Shown: piece by piece, positions 61,601 to 64,000 of the stretch
Layout: each line of letters starts with the position of its first letter
Numbering within the stretch: the stretch's first letter is position 1
Origin: Oopsacas minuta
Lineage: Eukaryota; Animalia; Porifera
Direction of reading: 5' to 3'
Length of the DNA: 64,000 bases
Assembly (NCBI GenBank): GCA_024704765.1
Contig: JAKMXF010000033.1
Coordinates: forward strand, 496,001-560,000
Position numbers and translations under genes: made by a program
The notes under the pieces: model-generated
The model's input: the letters and a program-made list of their open reading frames with translations, nothing else
Told to the model about the DNA's origin: nothing
The model's database searches: none

Positions 61601-64000
61601 TGCTAGAGAACCTAAAGAAGTCACCTAACATGGCTGCTGTGGCTAGACACATAGGAATATCTGCTCAAGAAAATATGAAACATTTCGAGCAAGGAATTGT
61701 ATTCATTTTAATGGGCGGACCTTACAGCGGAAAATCCACACAAGCACAACTCCTTTCAGAGAAATACTGTATTCCTATTATAGAATTGGATAATGTTATA
61801 ATAGAAGCTATTCAGCACGGTATATTGCCCGCTGCACATAAAGCTAGAGAGATGTGTGTACAAGCTATACAGAGTGTTAATGATATTGAAACAGAAGTAC
61901 AAGAACAACAAGATACATCTAAACTTCCTAAAGATAAATTAGACACTGTACCCATGGTCTCTACTGGCGTTGAATTTGAGATAAGAGATGCTACGAGCGA
62001 GGAGGCTATACTCCTGTCTAGCACGCTTCTATCTGAAGAAGATGTAGTAGAAATTATTATGAGTAGAATACACCAGAATGATTGTTTTCCTGGAATGATA
62101 TTCGATTCTTTAGACTGTTCATTTCTATCTGACGAATCTCAAGCAGCTAGAACAGTGTTGAAATCAATTCGTCATAGAGAGTTGTTCTATTTCGTTAATT
62201 TAGAGTTTAATCCTGATGCAGCATGTGAGGCTAAACAGCTGAAAGAGGAAGAAGAAGCTGCTAAAGAGAGGGAGCTACTGGCTTCTGTATCTCCTGTAAT
62301 AGATCCAGCATTGTTAGAACCTGAATTAGAATTGTCAGATGAAGAGGGATACGAGTTATTAAGTCAGGAAAGGAAAGACGCGATTAATCGCGCTATTGCC
62401 AAGAAATGGCGAGCTGAAAGGGAGAAGAAGCGACTTGAAGAAGAAGAGAAAAGGAGAGAGCTAGAGCTACTAGAACAGAAAAGATTGATGGAAGAAGAAG
62501 CCAAGAAAAAGGGCGGTAAGAAAGGACAGAAAAGTACATTTGCAAATTTAAAAGATGGATCAAACGAGAACTTCAAAGGTCTCAAACAAACACCATCTGT
62601 TACATCAATGGCCCAACAACAACAAACTCCAGCTCCAGCCCCTACTAGCCCTACTCCCAGCAGACCAGGTTCTGTCACAAGTGGTAGCACCATAAGACGA
62701 GCTGCTAAGAATGCTGCTATTATCAGTAAAGTTATTGGTCTAGTTGATCAGGCCCCTCCCCCTGAAGAGGACGAAATGTCTGCCCTGTACACTAAATACG
62801 AACGACACCTCCTATTAGCTCGTGGTGTTATAGAGCTATGGGATCCTGTTAAGATGGATACATACTCTCCTCCCGAGCCAGTTCAGCTACAACAGGATCA
62901 TGAACCTGTAGTCAGCAGACAGCAGAAATTGAAGAAAGATTTAAAATTTAAAGACTTACCTTCTACAGGAATTGATCCTATGGCTGAATTAGAAACTTTA
63001 CTACAATCCAAACCTGAGAATATTGGGTTATCTTACTATGCTATCAATGGAGTTGGCACTAAAGAGTATATACATGTACAAATATGTGGTCTCCCGTGTG
63101 TTCCTACTCCAACAGAGCTATTGGATCGCCTGGGTATTGGTCCAGCCGGACCAAGGATACCTCCTCCTTTTGAGCTCAGTATGTTCAACTACCCAGTATA
63201 TAGACAACGTCCTATTCCCCCTGAAATGGAAAGACGCTTCTGTTTCGTGGCTCTACATCCAGATGATCCAAATGCTATAGACACTAAACTAGAGGAAGAA
63301 GAGCTTAAGAAACAGCAAGCTATTTCTCCTATCCAAGAGGAGGAGAAAGATCCACCGCCCCAGCCCCCCTCTCGTAAGTCTACTATATCTAGAGCTTCTC
63401 AGGAGAGTCAGAAAAAGACACGTGACGTATCCGGGAAGAAATCACAGAGGAAAAAGAGTCAGAAAGAACCGCGTAGTTCCACTCCCAAAGGCAGTGTCCC
63501 GTTAGATGAATCAGCCGCTTCAGATGACGTCATCACTACACCGGATACTCTCGTACCTGTAGGCCCTAAGAAACTGATCAAACATCGCTGGGTTATACCG
63601 GGACACGGCTCCACAACTCTAGGCATACAGTTCATGTCGAATGAAGTTGGAAACTATGATGAGACATTACATTTTGAGGTAATGGGTACTTCAAGACGTT
63701 ATCAGCTATACTGCAGAGGTCTATGTGCTGTTCCAGGTATATGTACAGATCCTAAGGTTATGTTTCCAGCTTGCAAACCGTCTAGGAAAATAGGAGAAAT
63801 TATCAAGAAACGGTTTGTGTTGAGTCAAGATTTGTATGATTTCGGTCCACTTTCCTACTTCCGGTCACGAGAAAGAAGGTTCCAATCCAAGCACCCAGAA
63901 AATATGGAAGATCTGACAATTCTTAATGACTCACCTCTCCAAGCTAACGTGACCTTCAAATTCAAAGACGATAACAACGCCACTACTTTTCTATTAGAAC
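55671..64000 (+). CDS. HYDIN: HYDIN central-pair apparatus protein, 5' part; runs off the right edge
   Basis: Exons 55671-55947, 56002-56452, 56533-57081 and 57313-64000. The translation parallels HYDIN: FPSELCF...PLRLKN, RVAPGMEV...HEVTVMTEREKLVIPV..ARALLDFPD, VTGRESRLPL..G.GLGP, ASH/Ig-like repeats, and an adenylate-kinase-like GGPYSGKST near 61715. Frame agrees at 57313, 59521, 61681 and 63961. Confidence 0.96.
57128..57297 (+). mobile_element. pogo-type MITE family 1, full length (170 bp), in HYDIN intron 3
   Basis: TA|CAGTCAACACCCGTTATATCGAA ... GATATAACGGGAGTTGACTG|TG. Confidence 0.9.

Overview
AT-rich (roughly one-third GC), gene-dense eukaryotic DNA from an animal with short GT-AG introns and many intronless genes. 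The gene set and intron style fit an early-branching metazoan such as a glass sponge; this is inference only. Genes on the minus strand are a cupin-like first exon, NOL4-like, a 13-exon ASXL-like gene (9938-25966, missed by the ORF track), MRPL47, DNAI3/WDR63 with a same-strand 202-aa ORF nested in intron 1, METTL7-like, a cadherin-like/TPR protein, two tandem TMEM272-like paralogs, CCM2 and PGAM5. Genes on the plus strand are GSS, MORN4, an FRK/Src42A-like kinase, an M28-family protein and the 5' part of HYDIN. Introns and spacers hold about 30 MITE copies (pogo/Tc1-mariner type, hAT type, PIF/Harbinger type), and I recognised no autonomous transposase. No rRNA, tRNA or CRISPR array is supportable. 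The most interesting observations are: (1) the ASXL-like model appears to start with a transposase-type HTH, keeps HARE-HTH and DEUBAD, and has no PHD finger; (2) a YAG sits 3-10 nt before many start codons, and genes form tightly packed co-oriented runs, which suggests SL trans-splicing or operons; (3) a candidate ciliary protein is nested in DNAI3; (4) a MITE end supplies a CCM2 splice donor; (5) the M28 protein looks like a GPI-anchored pseudo-peptidase. All homology calls are by eye and from memory; no database was searched.
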